From positions 14,429 to 78,428 of the forward strand of contig JACIXH010000004.1 of NCBI GenBank assembly GCA_014360565.1: DNA of 64,000 nt. Direction: 5' to 3'. Numbering within the stretch: position 1 is the stretch's first letter; the number at the start of each line of letters is the position of its first letter. Origin of the DNA: Nocardia sp. (GTDB lineage: Bacteria; Actinomycetota; Actinomycetes; Mycobacteriales; Mycobacteriaceae). The notes beneath the pieces were generated by a model. It searched no databases. It had not been told where the DNA came from and saw only the letters and a program-made list of their open reading frames with translations. This document shows, piece by piece, positions 48,566-57,772 of this stretch. Position numbers and translations under genes: made by a program.

Positions 48566-51500
48566 GCCCGCACCCCCACGATCGCTTCGGCCACCTTCGC
48601 ACCGGCCTGTTCGAGACTGAACGAGCGACCCATCTGCAGCGTCAGCAGGTCCACCCCGAGCGACTTCGACACCAGCGCACCGAATTCCACCGCCATCAGC
48701 GAATCCAATCCCAGTTCCGGGACCGGCACACTCAGATCTATCGAGTCCGCCGCGATGCCCATCACCTGTGCGAGCTGTTCGGCCAGCATGTAGGCCACCA
48801 CCTCGCCGCGTTTGTCCTCGTCCAGTTCGGCGAGTTGGGCGCGCAATCGTGTCGCGGCTGAATCATCTTGCGCGGCAGCGGCGATCATGGCCGCCAGGCG
48901 GCCGGTCTGGGCGAAGAACGGCGCGGTGGCGTCGACTTTCGCCCAGTCGATCGGGATGATCGAGGCCTGCGTCGCGCCCAGGCGCAAGGCCTGCTCGAGA
49001 TAGTGCGTGCCCTCGTCCATGTCGAGGGGGTCGAAGCCGGTGGTGCGCAGGTACCGGGTGATGTTCTCGTCGGCGGCGGCCATCCCGCCGCCGGACATGT
49101 GTCCCCACCCGACCGCGAGCGCGACCCCGCCTGCTCTGACCACCGAATCGGCCATCGCCTGTAGAGCGGAATTGGCTGCGGTGTAGGCGAATTGGCCGAT
49201 CGCGCCGAACATCGTCGAACCGGAGGAGTACAGCACGAACTGGTCGAGCCGCACGCCTGCCGCGTCGAGACCGGCGGTCAGGGCGCGCACGCCGTCCACT
49301 TTCGGCCGGTACACCACCGACAAGCTGTCGATGTCCATCACCGTCGCCCGCTTGTCATCGATCACCCCCGCCGTGTGGAACACACCGCGCAGCGGGTGCT
49401 CGGGGGCGTGTGCTCGTTCGATCACCGCACCCACTGCCGCCGCGTCGGTGACGTCCACCTGCTCGGTGACCACCGTGACGCCCTGCTGTTGCCACGCCGA
49501 GAGCTGGCTGAGCGCCGCCTCGGTCGTGGGGCCACTACGCCCGAGCAGTGTCACACGACGGGCGCCGTGACCGACCAGCCAGCGCCCGGTGGCCAGGCCG
49601 AAGGCGCCGAAACCACCGGTGATCAGATAGTTCGCCGCCGCGTCGATGCGCACCCGCGGCAGAGCGGGCCGGACCAGGGGTTCGGTTTCGGTCAGGTCGA
49701 GCGCGATCCGGCCGGTGCCGGTCGAACGCGCGACCGCCTCGAAGGCCTCGCCCACCGCGCCGGTGCCATAACTGGTGAACGGCAGCGCCCGGTAGGTCCC
49801 GTCGTCGAGCCGGTTGTTGATCCGGCGCACCAGGTCGAGCACACTCGCGCGCCGCACGCGAGCCATCCGGTCCAGATCGAAGGAGAAGTAGGCGATGTTC
49901 TTGTCGAACGCGCCCAGTTCCAGCACCCCACCGGCATAGATGTCGGCCTTGCCGATCTCGACGATGCGGCCGAATTCGGCGATCATCGTGAAGTTCTGGC
50001 GTTGCAGCTCGCCCGGCGCGGTACTGAGGATCACGTCCACTCCGCGGCCGTCGGTGAGCGCGAGCACCTCGTCGACGAGGGTGAGCGAACGCGAACCGAG
50101 CACATGGTCGGCGCCCTCGGTCAGCACACGTGCGCGGCGTTGCTCGGTACTCGCGGTGCCGATCACGATCGCACCGTGTTGTTTCGCGATCTGCACGGCG
50201 GCGGTGCCCACACCACCGGCGGCGCCGTGCACGAGCACCGTCTCGCCCGGGCGCACTCGAGCGAGCTCGAGCAGGGAGTGCTCGGCGGTGGCGAAGGCCG
50301 TGCCGCTCGTGCAGCGGCCGGGATCGGTACCCGGGCGGACGCGGGCGAGCAGGTCGGCGTCGGTGGTGTGGAATCTGGCGATCATGCCCTTGGAGGTCAC
50401 CGTCACTTCGTCGCCGACCGCCACATCGGTGACACCGGGGCCGACACGGACCACGGTCGCGGCCCCTTCCATGCCGGGCACCGTGCCGAAATACGTCGGC
50501 GCCAGCTCCTGCTCGCCCAGGACGCCGATCACCTTCAACGCGTCCTTGTAGTTCAAGCCGACCGCACGCATGCGCAGCTCGACTTCACCCGCCTCGGGAG
50601 CGCGGCGTTCACAACGCCGCCAGCCCAGCCGCGCGAACGTGCGCGAGCGGGGCAGTTCCAAGACGAAATTGGCCTCCGGATCGGTGAGTGGTTGTGCGGT
50701 GTCGAGGTTTTCGAGATGCTGCGGCAGAGTGCGGTCGACCACGGTGACCCAGCGCAGTCCGTCGCGCAGGATCACCTCGTCGCTGCGGTCGTAGGTGAAT
50801 GCGCCGGGCACGGTGAGCTCAGCCGCCAATTCGGTCGCCGTCACCCGGGCGTCGATATCGACCAGTCGCCACCGCAGCCGGGACTGTTCGTTGAGCAGCA
50901 CGCGGCGCGCGCCCGCCACTGCGGCCTGGGTGGGAAGCGGCGGTGCCGGGTCGGCCGGATGCGCGTAGGCGTGCGCCGTGACGACGGTCGCGTACAGCGA
51001 CCCGTCGCCGGTCATCGGAACCTCGGTTCCGAGCTCGTTCGCGCGAGCGTCGAGGAACCCCTCCAGGGTCACCGCGATGCGGCGCAGCGTCCAGAGCGTG
51101 GCGATGTCGCCGTCGGCCGCGTCGCCGGCAACCACGCAGACGTGCAGGCGCCGCACCTCCTCGACAGCGACGATGTCGCACAGCCGACCGGTCAGCACCG
51201 CTTCCAGCTCCGTGTCGGCGGGGTCGAGCGCGAGTGCGGCCGAACCGGCCGCACTCGCGCACACGGCCTTGTGTACCCGTTCGACGCGCTGGTCTGCGCC
51301 CTCGCCGTAGCCGAGGACCAGCGTGAACAACCCCTCGCTACCCGGCAGTGCGGTCGTGTCGACCGGATCGCGCAGCTCCCAGCGTTCTTCGTAGAAGAAG
51401 TCCGTCATCCGCTGTAGCGGGCCCGCGCCGGGAGTCAGTGACGCGAACCGCACGCCGCGCAACTGCAGGCATACGGCATTGCCCGCACCGAGCAGGTCGA

Positions 51501-54500
51501 TGTCGGCGGTCGGGTTGTCGTCTCGGGAGAGCCTGGTCAGCACCGTGACTTCGGCGGGCAGCGCGGCCAGTCGGCGCACCGACCGAACACCGACCGGCAC
51601 CATCGCCCCCTCACCGGCGCCACTGTGTCCGGTGAGCAGTGCCGCGACCGTCTGCAGTGCCGCGTCGACCACGGCGGGATGAGCCAGATACGCAGTATCG
51701 CGCGCGATCTCGCCGTCCACCTGGGCTACAACGGTGTTCGCGGCGAATCGGATCGCGGTGACCCGCTGAAACGTCGGGCCGTAGTCGAGCCCGGCGGCCG
51801 CCAATCCGCCGTAGAAGTCGGCGGGTTCGATCGCGGCCATCGCGGTGAGGTCGGGGACATCGGCGACGATCGGCGCATAGGAGCCTTCGACGAGGCGCCC
51901 GGTCGCATGCACGGTCCAGACCGATCCGGCAGCCCCGCGGGAGCGGATGGTGAACCGACGCGTCGAATCCTCCAGGTGGAGTTCGACAATCGGCGCGTCA
52001 CCGCCGTCCACGATCATCGGCGCGACGAACCGCACCTGCTCGAGTCCCACCTGTTCGGACTCGGCCCGTACCGCTGCGGCGCTGAGCGCGGCATCCAGAT
52101 ACCCCGCGCCCGGCATCAGCGTCGTCCCGCCGACAACGTGGTCGGCCAGCCACGGTTGCGCCGCGATCGACAGGTTCAGCCGCCAGGTGGTCGTGTCGTC
52201 GGGATGCCGATCGCCCAGCATCGGGCGCCCATCGGGGGTGCCGTGGCGTTGCACCCGCATCTCGGGCAGTTCCGAGCGCAGCACCGTGCGCTGCCAGGGA
52301 TAGCGTGGCAGCTCGATATGTGGTGTGGGACCGGGACTTCCGGCGAACAGGACGTCGATGTCGAGGGCGCCCGCGGCGTAGAGGTCGACCAGCACCTGGC
52401 GCAGGCTGTGCGCATCGTGGCGTTTGCGGTGCAGGGTGGCGATGGTCGTGCCCGTCTCGCCCGCACCGATCAGGATTTCCCGAATATTGGCCCCGAGCAC
52501 CGGATGTGGGCCGACTTCGAGGAACACCCGGTGGCCTGCCTTGACCACGGCGGTGACCGCCGCCGCGAATCGCACCGGCCTGCGGACATTGGCGCACCAG
52601 TAGTCGGCGTCCCAGTCGGCGCCGGTCACCAGCGTGCCGGTGACCGTGGAATACAGCGGGAGACGGGGTTCGGCGACGGTGATCCCGGCCAGCTCGGCGC
52701 GCAGTTCGTCGAGGATCGGGTCCATCAAGGGACTGTGATAAGGCACCTCGACCTGTAGATGCCGGGTGAAAACGCCTTGCGCGGTCAGTATCTCGGCGAT
52801 CTCGGCGAGCCGGTCGACGGCCCCGGCGAGCGTGACCGCCGAGGGGCTGTTGATCGCCGCGATGTCGACGGCGTCCTCCGCCGCGACGAGTTCTCCGGCC
52901 TCGTCCGGTCCGAGCCCGACCGCCAGCATGCCCCCGGTGCCTGCCGTGGTGGCCTGCAGCCGCGCGCGGTGGTAACTGACCAGCACGGCGTCACGCAGGG
53001 ACAGCATGCCGGTCAGATACGCGGCGGCCACTTCGCCGACGCTGTGCCCGACCACGACCGCGGGCTCGATACCTCGCTCCCGCAGCGTCGCGAAGAGCGC
53101 GACCTGCACCAGGAAGTTGGCAGGCTGCGCGACAGCGGTCGAGGTCACCGACGATTCCGCTTCCGGCCGCAGCAGTTCCTCGATGATCGACCAACCGGCC
53201 ACAGCGGCGAACTCGGTGTCGACGCGCTCGGCCTCGGCAGCGAAAACGCCGTCAGCCATGAGCAATTCGCGTGCCATCCCCCACCACTGCGGTCCCATAC
53301 CGGTGCAGATGTACACCGGTTCGGCCGCACGCTTGACGACGGTCCGGCCCACCCGGCCCGACCCGGTCGCCAGCTCGATCAGGCCCTGCACCAGTTGGGT
53401 GTCGTCGCCGAATGCGACTCCCGCGCGAACCGGGTGATGATGGCGGCGCCGCCAGGCGGCCTCGGCCAGCAACTGCGGATCAGCGCCGTCGGCGATGCGC
53501 TCGGCCACCCCGCGGGCCAGCTGCCGCACGGCCGCCTCCGAGCGCGCCGACAGCGGCAGGACCCCGAAATGAACCGGCGAGTGGTTCGGCTCGGCGCGCG
53601 GCCGGTACTCCTGCAGAATCGCATGGGCGTTGGTGCCGCCGTAGCCGAACCCGTTGACAGCCACCGCCATCCGCTCGACCTCCGGGCCGACCGGCTCGGC
53701 CTCGGTCAGCAGCCGAATCCCCCACTCCTCGAACGGGATGTCGGGATTGGGCGTCTCCAGCCAGCCCTGCGGCGGGATGGTGCGATGCCGGATCGCCAGC
53801 GCCGACTTGATGATGCCCGCGACACCGGACGCGGCTTCGGTATGCCCCAGCGTCGCTTTCAGCGACCCCACGCCGAGCGAACCCGAGCGACCCGAAGCGG
53901 CACCGTAGGCCCGGCCGATGGCCCGCATTTCGAGCGGATCGCCCACCGGGGTGCCGGTGCCGTGCGCCTCGACATAGGTGACCTCGCGCGCGTCGATCCC
54001 GGATCGCCGAATCACGGTGCGGGCCAGGCTTTCCTGCGCTGCGGCAGCGGGGACGGTAATGGCGGTGGTCCGCCCGTCCTGATTGGCGCCCGTCGCCTTG
54101 ACCACGGCATAGATCCGGTCGCCGTCGCGTTCGGCGTCGACCAGCTTCTTGAGCACCACCACCCCGGCGCCCTCGCCCCGGCCGTAGCCGTCGGCGGCCG
54201 CGTCGAACGGCTTGCTGCGCCCGTCGGCGGCCAGGAATCCGCCCTTGCACATCGTCACGAACGTTTCCGGCTGCACCATCACATTCACGCCACCGGCGAT
54301 CGCCACCTCGCAGTCGCCGTTGGCGATGGCCTGGCAGGCCAGATGCAGCGCTACCAGCGACGACGAACACGCGGTGTCGACCGTGACGGCGGGGCCCTTC
54401 AGGTCGAGCGCGTAGGCCAGCCGGTTCGACAACATCGTGTACGACACACCCACGGCGGTGTGCAGATCGACGTGCGACAGGGCCGCACCGACCGACACCG

Positions 54501-54888
54501 CCAGCTGATCGAGGGTGAACGCGCCCATGTACACCCCGAGCGAGGAGCCCGCGCTGCGCCCGGCCACGCCCGAATCGTCGAGGGCCTCCCAGGCCACCTC
54601 GAGGATCAGCCGCTGTTGCGGATCCATGGCGGTGGCCTCCCGGGGTGAGATGCCGAAGAATTCCGGGTCGAACGCCCACGGATCGCCCGTCATGAAGGCG
54701 GCGCGCTTGGTGTACATGCGCCCGGGAGCGCGCTTGTCACTGTCGTAGTACCGCCGCCAGTCCCAGCGCTCCGCCGGGATCTCGCGCACCCCGTCGCGCT
54801 TGTGGATCACGAAGTCCCAGAACGACTCCGGCGAATCGATACCGCCGGCATAGCGGCAGCCGATGCCGACGATGGCAATGTCAGTCAT
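48562..54888 (-). CDS. type I single-module highly reducing polyketide synthase KS-AT-DH-ER-KR-ACP
   Basis: KS DTACSS/HGTGT/GHTE; AT GHSVG; DH HVVGGTTLMP; ER HGAAGGVG; KR GGFGAFG, VIDD, YTAAN; ACP GLDSL; no TE. Confidence 0.95.
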   Translation of the reverse strand: MTDIAIVGIGCRYAGGIDSPESFWDFVIHKRDGVREIPAERWDWRRYYDSDKRAPGRMYTKRAAFMTGDPWAFDPEFFGISPREATAMDPQQRLILEVAWEALDDSGVAGRSAGSSLGVYMGAFTLDQLAVSVGAALSHVDLHTAVGVSYTMLSNRLAYALDLKGPAVTVDTACSSSLVALHLACQAIANGDCEVAIAGGVNVMVQPETFVTMCKGGFLAADGRSKPFDAAADGYGRGEGAGVVVLKKLVDAERDGDRIYAVVKATGANQDGRTTAITVPAAAAQESLARTVIRRSGIDAREVTYVEAHGTGTPVGDPLEMRAIGRAYGAASGRSGSLGVGSLKATLGHTEAASGVAGIIKSALAIRHRTIPPQGWLETPNPDIPFEEWGIRLLTEAEPVGPEVERMAVAVNGFGYGGTNAHAILQEYRPRAEPNHSPVHFGVLPLSARSEAAVRQLARGVAERIADGADPQLLAEAAWRRRHHHPVRAGVAFGDDTQLVQGLIELATGSGRVGRTVVKRAAEPVYICTGMGPQWWGMARELLMADGVFAAEAERVDTEFAAVAGWSIIEELLRPEAESSVTSTAVAQPANFLVQVALFATLRERGIEPAVVVGHSVGEVAAAYLTGMLSLRDAVLVSYHRARLQATTAGTGGMLAVGLGPDEAGELVAAEDAVDIAAINSPSAVTLAGAVDRLAEIAEILTAQGVFTRHLQVEVPYHSPLMDPILDELRAELAGITVAEPRLPLYSTVTGTLVTGADWDADYWCANVRRPVRFAAAVTAVVKAGHRVFLEVGPHPVLGANIREILIGAGETGTTIATLHRKRHDAHSLRQVLVDLYAAGALDIDVLFAGSPGPTPHIELPRYPWQRTVLRSELPEMRVQRHGTPDGRPMLGDRHPDDTTTWRLNLSIAAQPWLADHVVGGTTLMPGAGYLDAALSAAAVRAESEQVGLEQVRFVAPMIVDGGDAPIVELHLEDSTRRFTIRSRGAAGSVWTVHATGRLVEGSYAPIVADVPDLTAMAAIEPADFYGGLAAAGLDYGPTFQRVTAIRFAANTVVAQVDGEIARDTAYLAHPAVVDAALQTVAALLTGHSGAGEGAMVPVGVRSVRRLAALPAEVTVLTRLSRDDNPTADIDLLGAGNAVCLQLRGVRFASLTPGAGPLQRMTDFFYEERWELRDPVDTTALPGSEGLFTLVLGYGEGADQRVERVHKAVCASAAGSAALALDPADTELEAVLTGRLCDIVAVEEVRRLHVCVVAGDAADGDIATLWTLRRIAVTLEGFLDARANELGTEVPMTGDGSLYATVVTAHAYAHPADPAPPLPTQAAVAGARRVLLNEQSRLRWRLVDIDARVTATELAAELTVPGAFTYDRSDEVILRDGLRWVTVVDRTLPQHLENLDTAQPLTDPEANFVLELPRSRTFARLGWRRCERRAPEAGEVELRMRAVGLNYKDALKVIGVLGEQELAPTYFGTVPGMEGAATVVRVGPGVTDVAVGDEVTVTSKGMIARFHTTDADLLARVRPGTDPGRCTSGTAFATAEHSLLELARVRPGETVLVHGAAGGVGTAAVQIAKQHGAIVIGTASTEQRRARVLTEGADHVLGSRSLTLVDEVLALTDGRGVDVILSTAPGELQRQNFTMIAEFGRIVEIGKADIYAGGVLELGAFDKNIAYFSFDLDRMARVRRASVLDLVRRINNRLDDGTYRALPFTSYGTGAVGEAFEAVARSTGTGRIALDLTETEPLVRPALPRVRIDAAANYLITGGFGAFGLATGRWLVGHGARRVTLLGRSGPTTEAALSQLSAWQQQGVTVVTEQVDVTDAAAVGAVIERAHAPEHPLRGVFHTAGVIDDKRATVMDIDSLSVVYRPKVDGVRALTAGLDAAGVRLDQFVLYSSGSTMFGAIGQFAYTAANSALQAMADSVVRAGGVALAVGWGHMSGGGMAAADENITRYLRTTGFDPLDMDEGTHYLEQALRLGATQASIIPIDWAKVDATAPFFAQTGRLAAMIAAAAQDDSAATRLRAQLAELDEDKRGEVVAYMLAEQLAQVMGIAADSIDLSVPVPELGLDSLMAVEFGALVSKSLGVDLLTLQMGRSFSLEQAGAKVAEAIVGVRA

Positions 54889-54931
54889 GTGCGTTCCTCA
54901 CGTTGGTTCGTTCGCGAAAGCCGAGCGCCGG

Positions 54932-55552
54932 TCAGATCGGCTGCGGGCGGCGAACCATGATGTTGAGTTCCGGGCCGGACGCGCCGAGCCGCACGGCGCC
55001 GACGCGCTCGTTGCCCAGTGCCCGGTAGTAGCCGACGTTGGCGTCCTTGCAGATGCCGCAGATCGCCGCGCCCTCCCGGTCGGCTCGGTTCGTGAACGAC
55101 GCGTACATCGCGCGGCCGATGCCGCTGCGCTGCAGGGCCGGATCGGCACCGAGGTAGACGTGGAACAGGTGCGGCTCGACCGGAGCGGCACGGTCCATCG
55201 CCGCGTCCACCTCCGAACCCCGCCGCACCGCCGGGCCCATCGCCGCGAGAAACTCCGGCCCCGCGAGCATGTCGCGCAGGCCGCCCGGCCGGTACCCCTG
55301 CGGATACCACAGCAGCACGCCAACGACGCGGTCGCCCAGTACCGCCACTTCGGCGCCGCCTGCAGGCAGAAAGCGGTGCCTGATCATGGCGCGCACCATG
55401 CGCGGGGCTCGACGCCGCCGCACGGCCTCGTCCGGGAACACGTACTCGTCGACGGGATCGTCGTGTGCGAAAGCGGCGGCCAGTACCCGCACCATCGAGT
55501 CGATATCGGCCCGCGTCGCCGGGCGAACGAGCGGGATCGCGGTGGAACTCAA
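54932..55552 (-). CDS. GNAT N-acyltransferase (puromycin N-acetyltransferase/Rv0133-like)
   Basis: VRPAT, LAAAFAHDDP, QRSGIG motif A, NVGYYRALG. Confidence 0.85.
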   Translation of the reverse strand: MSSTAIPLVRPATRADIDSMVRVLAAAFAHDDPVDEYVFPDEAVRRRRAPRMVRAMIRHRFLPAGGAEVAVLGDRVVGVLLWYPQGYRPGGLRDMLAGPEFLAAMGPAVRRGSEVDAAMDRAAPVEPHLFHVYLGADPALQRSGIGRAMYASFTNRADREGAAICGICKDANVGYYRALGNERVGAVRLGASGPELNIMVRRPQPI

Positions 55553-55921
55553 AGCTGTTGTACCTCAATCGATCTGCCGGTCTCCGCGTCGCGGACAGCG
55601 TTCGGCACACGGTTGGTCGTTAGGCTATCTCAGGACACAGATCCTGCCGCCGCATTCGAACGACTTTCCAGCTTTTGTCAGGTCGTCAGGTGTCAAGCGG
55701 TGCTGACAGGCGCTCAGGCCAGGCACATTCGGGGTGTACGCCGGGCTCGGCTGCGGCACTGCGCAGCCCGGCGCCCTCCGAGGTCTCATCTGAAATGAAA
55801 ATGTGTCTGAAAGTGTCGGCGCAACCGACCGCGAGTGGGGAGAATTGGCCACGACGGCTCGGCGGGTTTCACCACCTGTCGCGTCGGCGCGAATCTCCTT
55901 CGGCAACAGAGGAAATCAACG

Positions 55922-57289
55922 ATGAACAAGTTGTCGAGAGCCACCACGGTGACGCTGGTTGCCGCCGTCGTCGCAACTGCGGGCGCCGGCGTCGCACATG
56001 CGGAAACCCCCGGCTCACAGTCCTGCACCCCGTACACGGCGATTCTCGCGCCGGGGACGTGGGAGACCACGCTCGACGCCGATCCCGAGATCCCCGTCGG
56101 GATGCTCCGGCCCGTCGGCGACGGCCTGCAACGCCAGTTCGGCCGTGACATCAGCGTGCTCTACATACCTTATGCCGCAAGCGCTTTCGACCTGGGTCTG
56201 AGCTACGCGGAGTCCCTGAGCACCCTGGAATCGGGCTTGCGCCAAACGCTGCGTGGCCTGTGCGACTCGACCCAGGTCGTCCTCGCCGGCTACAGCCAGG
56301 GTGCCGACGGAATCGGCGACCTCGCCACCGAGATCGGCAACGGCGACGGACCGATCGGTGCCGATCGAGTGGTCGGTGTCGGACTACTGGCCGATCCGCA
56401 TCGCGATCCGAACACCACACTCTCCCTGGGCACTCCGCAGCCCGGTCACGGCATAGCCGGAACGCGCAGCCGGGATTTCGGCGCGTTGACCGATCGGGTT
56501 CGCACCCTGTGTGCCGACGGCGACCTGTACTGCTCCCTCGATGCCGCCACCTCCCCGTTCCTCGCCGTGTTGGGCCGGGTCCTCAGCGGTGATCCCGCAC
56601 CGATCGCGGACGTCATCCCCGCCACGGTCGATCCCAGCGTCCTGATCGCGCAAGCCGTCACCATGGGCGCAGGCTGGACTGCCACCGCGGCGAACCTGCC
56701 GACCATTGCCGACAACCTCACCCGGCTCCCGGAATTACTCGCGGCGGGCGACATTCGCGGCGCTCACCTCACCGCGCGTGCGCTGAACGTTGCCCTGGCC
56801 CCGTTGGTCCAGGCCGCCGCCGGTGTGGACAGAGCCCTTGTCGCCCAGGTCATCCGCGCGGCCGCCACCGTCGATCCCTCTGGTTGGACCTCAGGCGTCA
56901 GCGTCATCGCCGACGCTCTCGTGCACATCGATCTTCTGAGCATCGCCGAGGGCACCGGCAGAATGCAGGAGATCCTCTGGCGTGCAGTCGAATCCCTCGA
57001 TCGCAACGATCCCCTCGCCGCGGCCGCCGACCTGGCGGGCTTCGCCGCCACCGGCGCCGACCTCACCGGCTCCGTACTCGGCCCCGTCGCCGCCGGTATC
57101 CGAGCCGACCTCCACGCCACCACCCGAACCCTGCTCAGCATGACCGACCCCGCCACCATCGACGAACTCGTCCAACTGGGCCGCCAAGGCGTGGACATGG
57201 CCAACTTCTATGCTTCCGCCGCCCACATCGACTACGGCGACGACGCCGCGCTCCTGCTGAGCTACCTGAGCTCCCGAGTCGGGTCGTAG
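55922..57289 (+). CDS. secreted cutinase-family alpha/beta hydrolase
   Basis: Signal peptide ending AHA, PGTWE, GYSQG, LADP, CADGDLYC. Confidence 0.83.
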   Translation: MNKLSRATTVTLVAAVVATAGAGVAHAETPGSQSCTPYTAILAPGTWETTLDADPEIPVGMLRPVGDGLQRQFGRDISVLYIPYAASAFDLGLSYAESLSTLESGLRQTLRGLCDSTQVVLAGYSQGADGIGDLATEIGNGDGPIGADRVVGVGLLADPHRDPNTTLSLGTPQPGHGIAGTRSRDFGALTDRVRTLCADGDLYCSLDAATSPFLAVLGRVLSGDPAPIADVIPATVDPSVLIAQAVTMGAGWTATAANLPTIADNLTRLPELLAAGDIRGAHLTARALNVALAPLVQAAAGVDRALVAQVIRAAATVDPSGWTSGVSVIADALVHIDLLSIAEGTGRMQEILWRAVESLDRNDPLAAAADLAGFAATGADLTGSVLGPVAAGIRADLHATTRTLLSMTDPATIDELVQLGRQGVDMANFYASAAHIDYGDDAALLLSYLSSRVGS

Positions 57290-57308
57290 CGGGCTCGGCG
57301 GACCACTC

Positions 57309-57350
57309 GCCGTTGCGTCGGCTCGATCAGTATCGAGCCGACGCAACGGC
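57309..57350. terminator. 19-bp perfect stem between convergent genes
   Basis: GCCGTTGCGTCGGCTCGAT-cagt-ATCGAGCCGACGCAACGGC. Confidence 0.75.
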
Positions 57351-57357
57351 ATTCAAA

Positions 57358-57573
57358 TCAGCACGACACTGCGCCTCTGGCCGAGCTGTCGAGACGCACC
57401 CCTAGAACTCTCGACAACTCGCCGACACTGTCGGCGCTGGGTCTCACCACATCACGTTCCCAACGGCTGATCTGATTTCCGTCCGCAATTCCGATCCAGT
57501 CGGCCAATTCCGCCTGGGTGAATCCGGAGGCCATCCTCGCCGCCCGAATAGCTTTGCCGATCTTCGTGGACAT
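57358..57573 (-). CDS. small XRE/Cro helix-turn-helix protein
   Basis: IRAARMASGFTQAELA..ISRWE...P; GAGGGAG RBS. Confidence 0.85.
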   Translation of the reverse strand: MSTKIGKAIRAARMASGFTQAELADWIGIADGNQISRWERDVVRPSADSVGELSRVLGVRLDSSARGAVSC

Positions 57574-57711
57574 GGTCTCCCCTCTCTCTCGGTGCCCTCG
57601 GCACGGACTGCATCAGCGCGGGTGCCCGTCGGCGAACACTCGTACCCCTGAAGCGGTCTCGCGCAACCACATTCGAACGATATCGGCGAATCGAACCGCG
57701 AAGGAGGCTGT

Positions 57712-57754
57712 GACTGCACGGCCAATGACTCTGCACGCACAAATGTGCGTGCAG
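57712..57754. promoter_or_regulatory. TGCAC repeats including an 11-bp inverted repeat; putative AraC binding site
   Basis: CTGCACGCACA-aa-TGTGCGTGCAG (57731-57754) plus an upstream CTGCACG copy. Confidence 0.45.
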
Positions 57755-57772
57755 CCGGGCGCGCAATCCCGG

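Noticed and set aside
57358-57573. Prophage or mobile element suggested by the XRE gene
   Set aside because: No integrase, transposase, att-like repeats or phage genes recognised in the window
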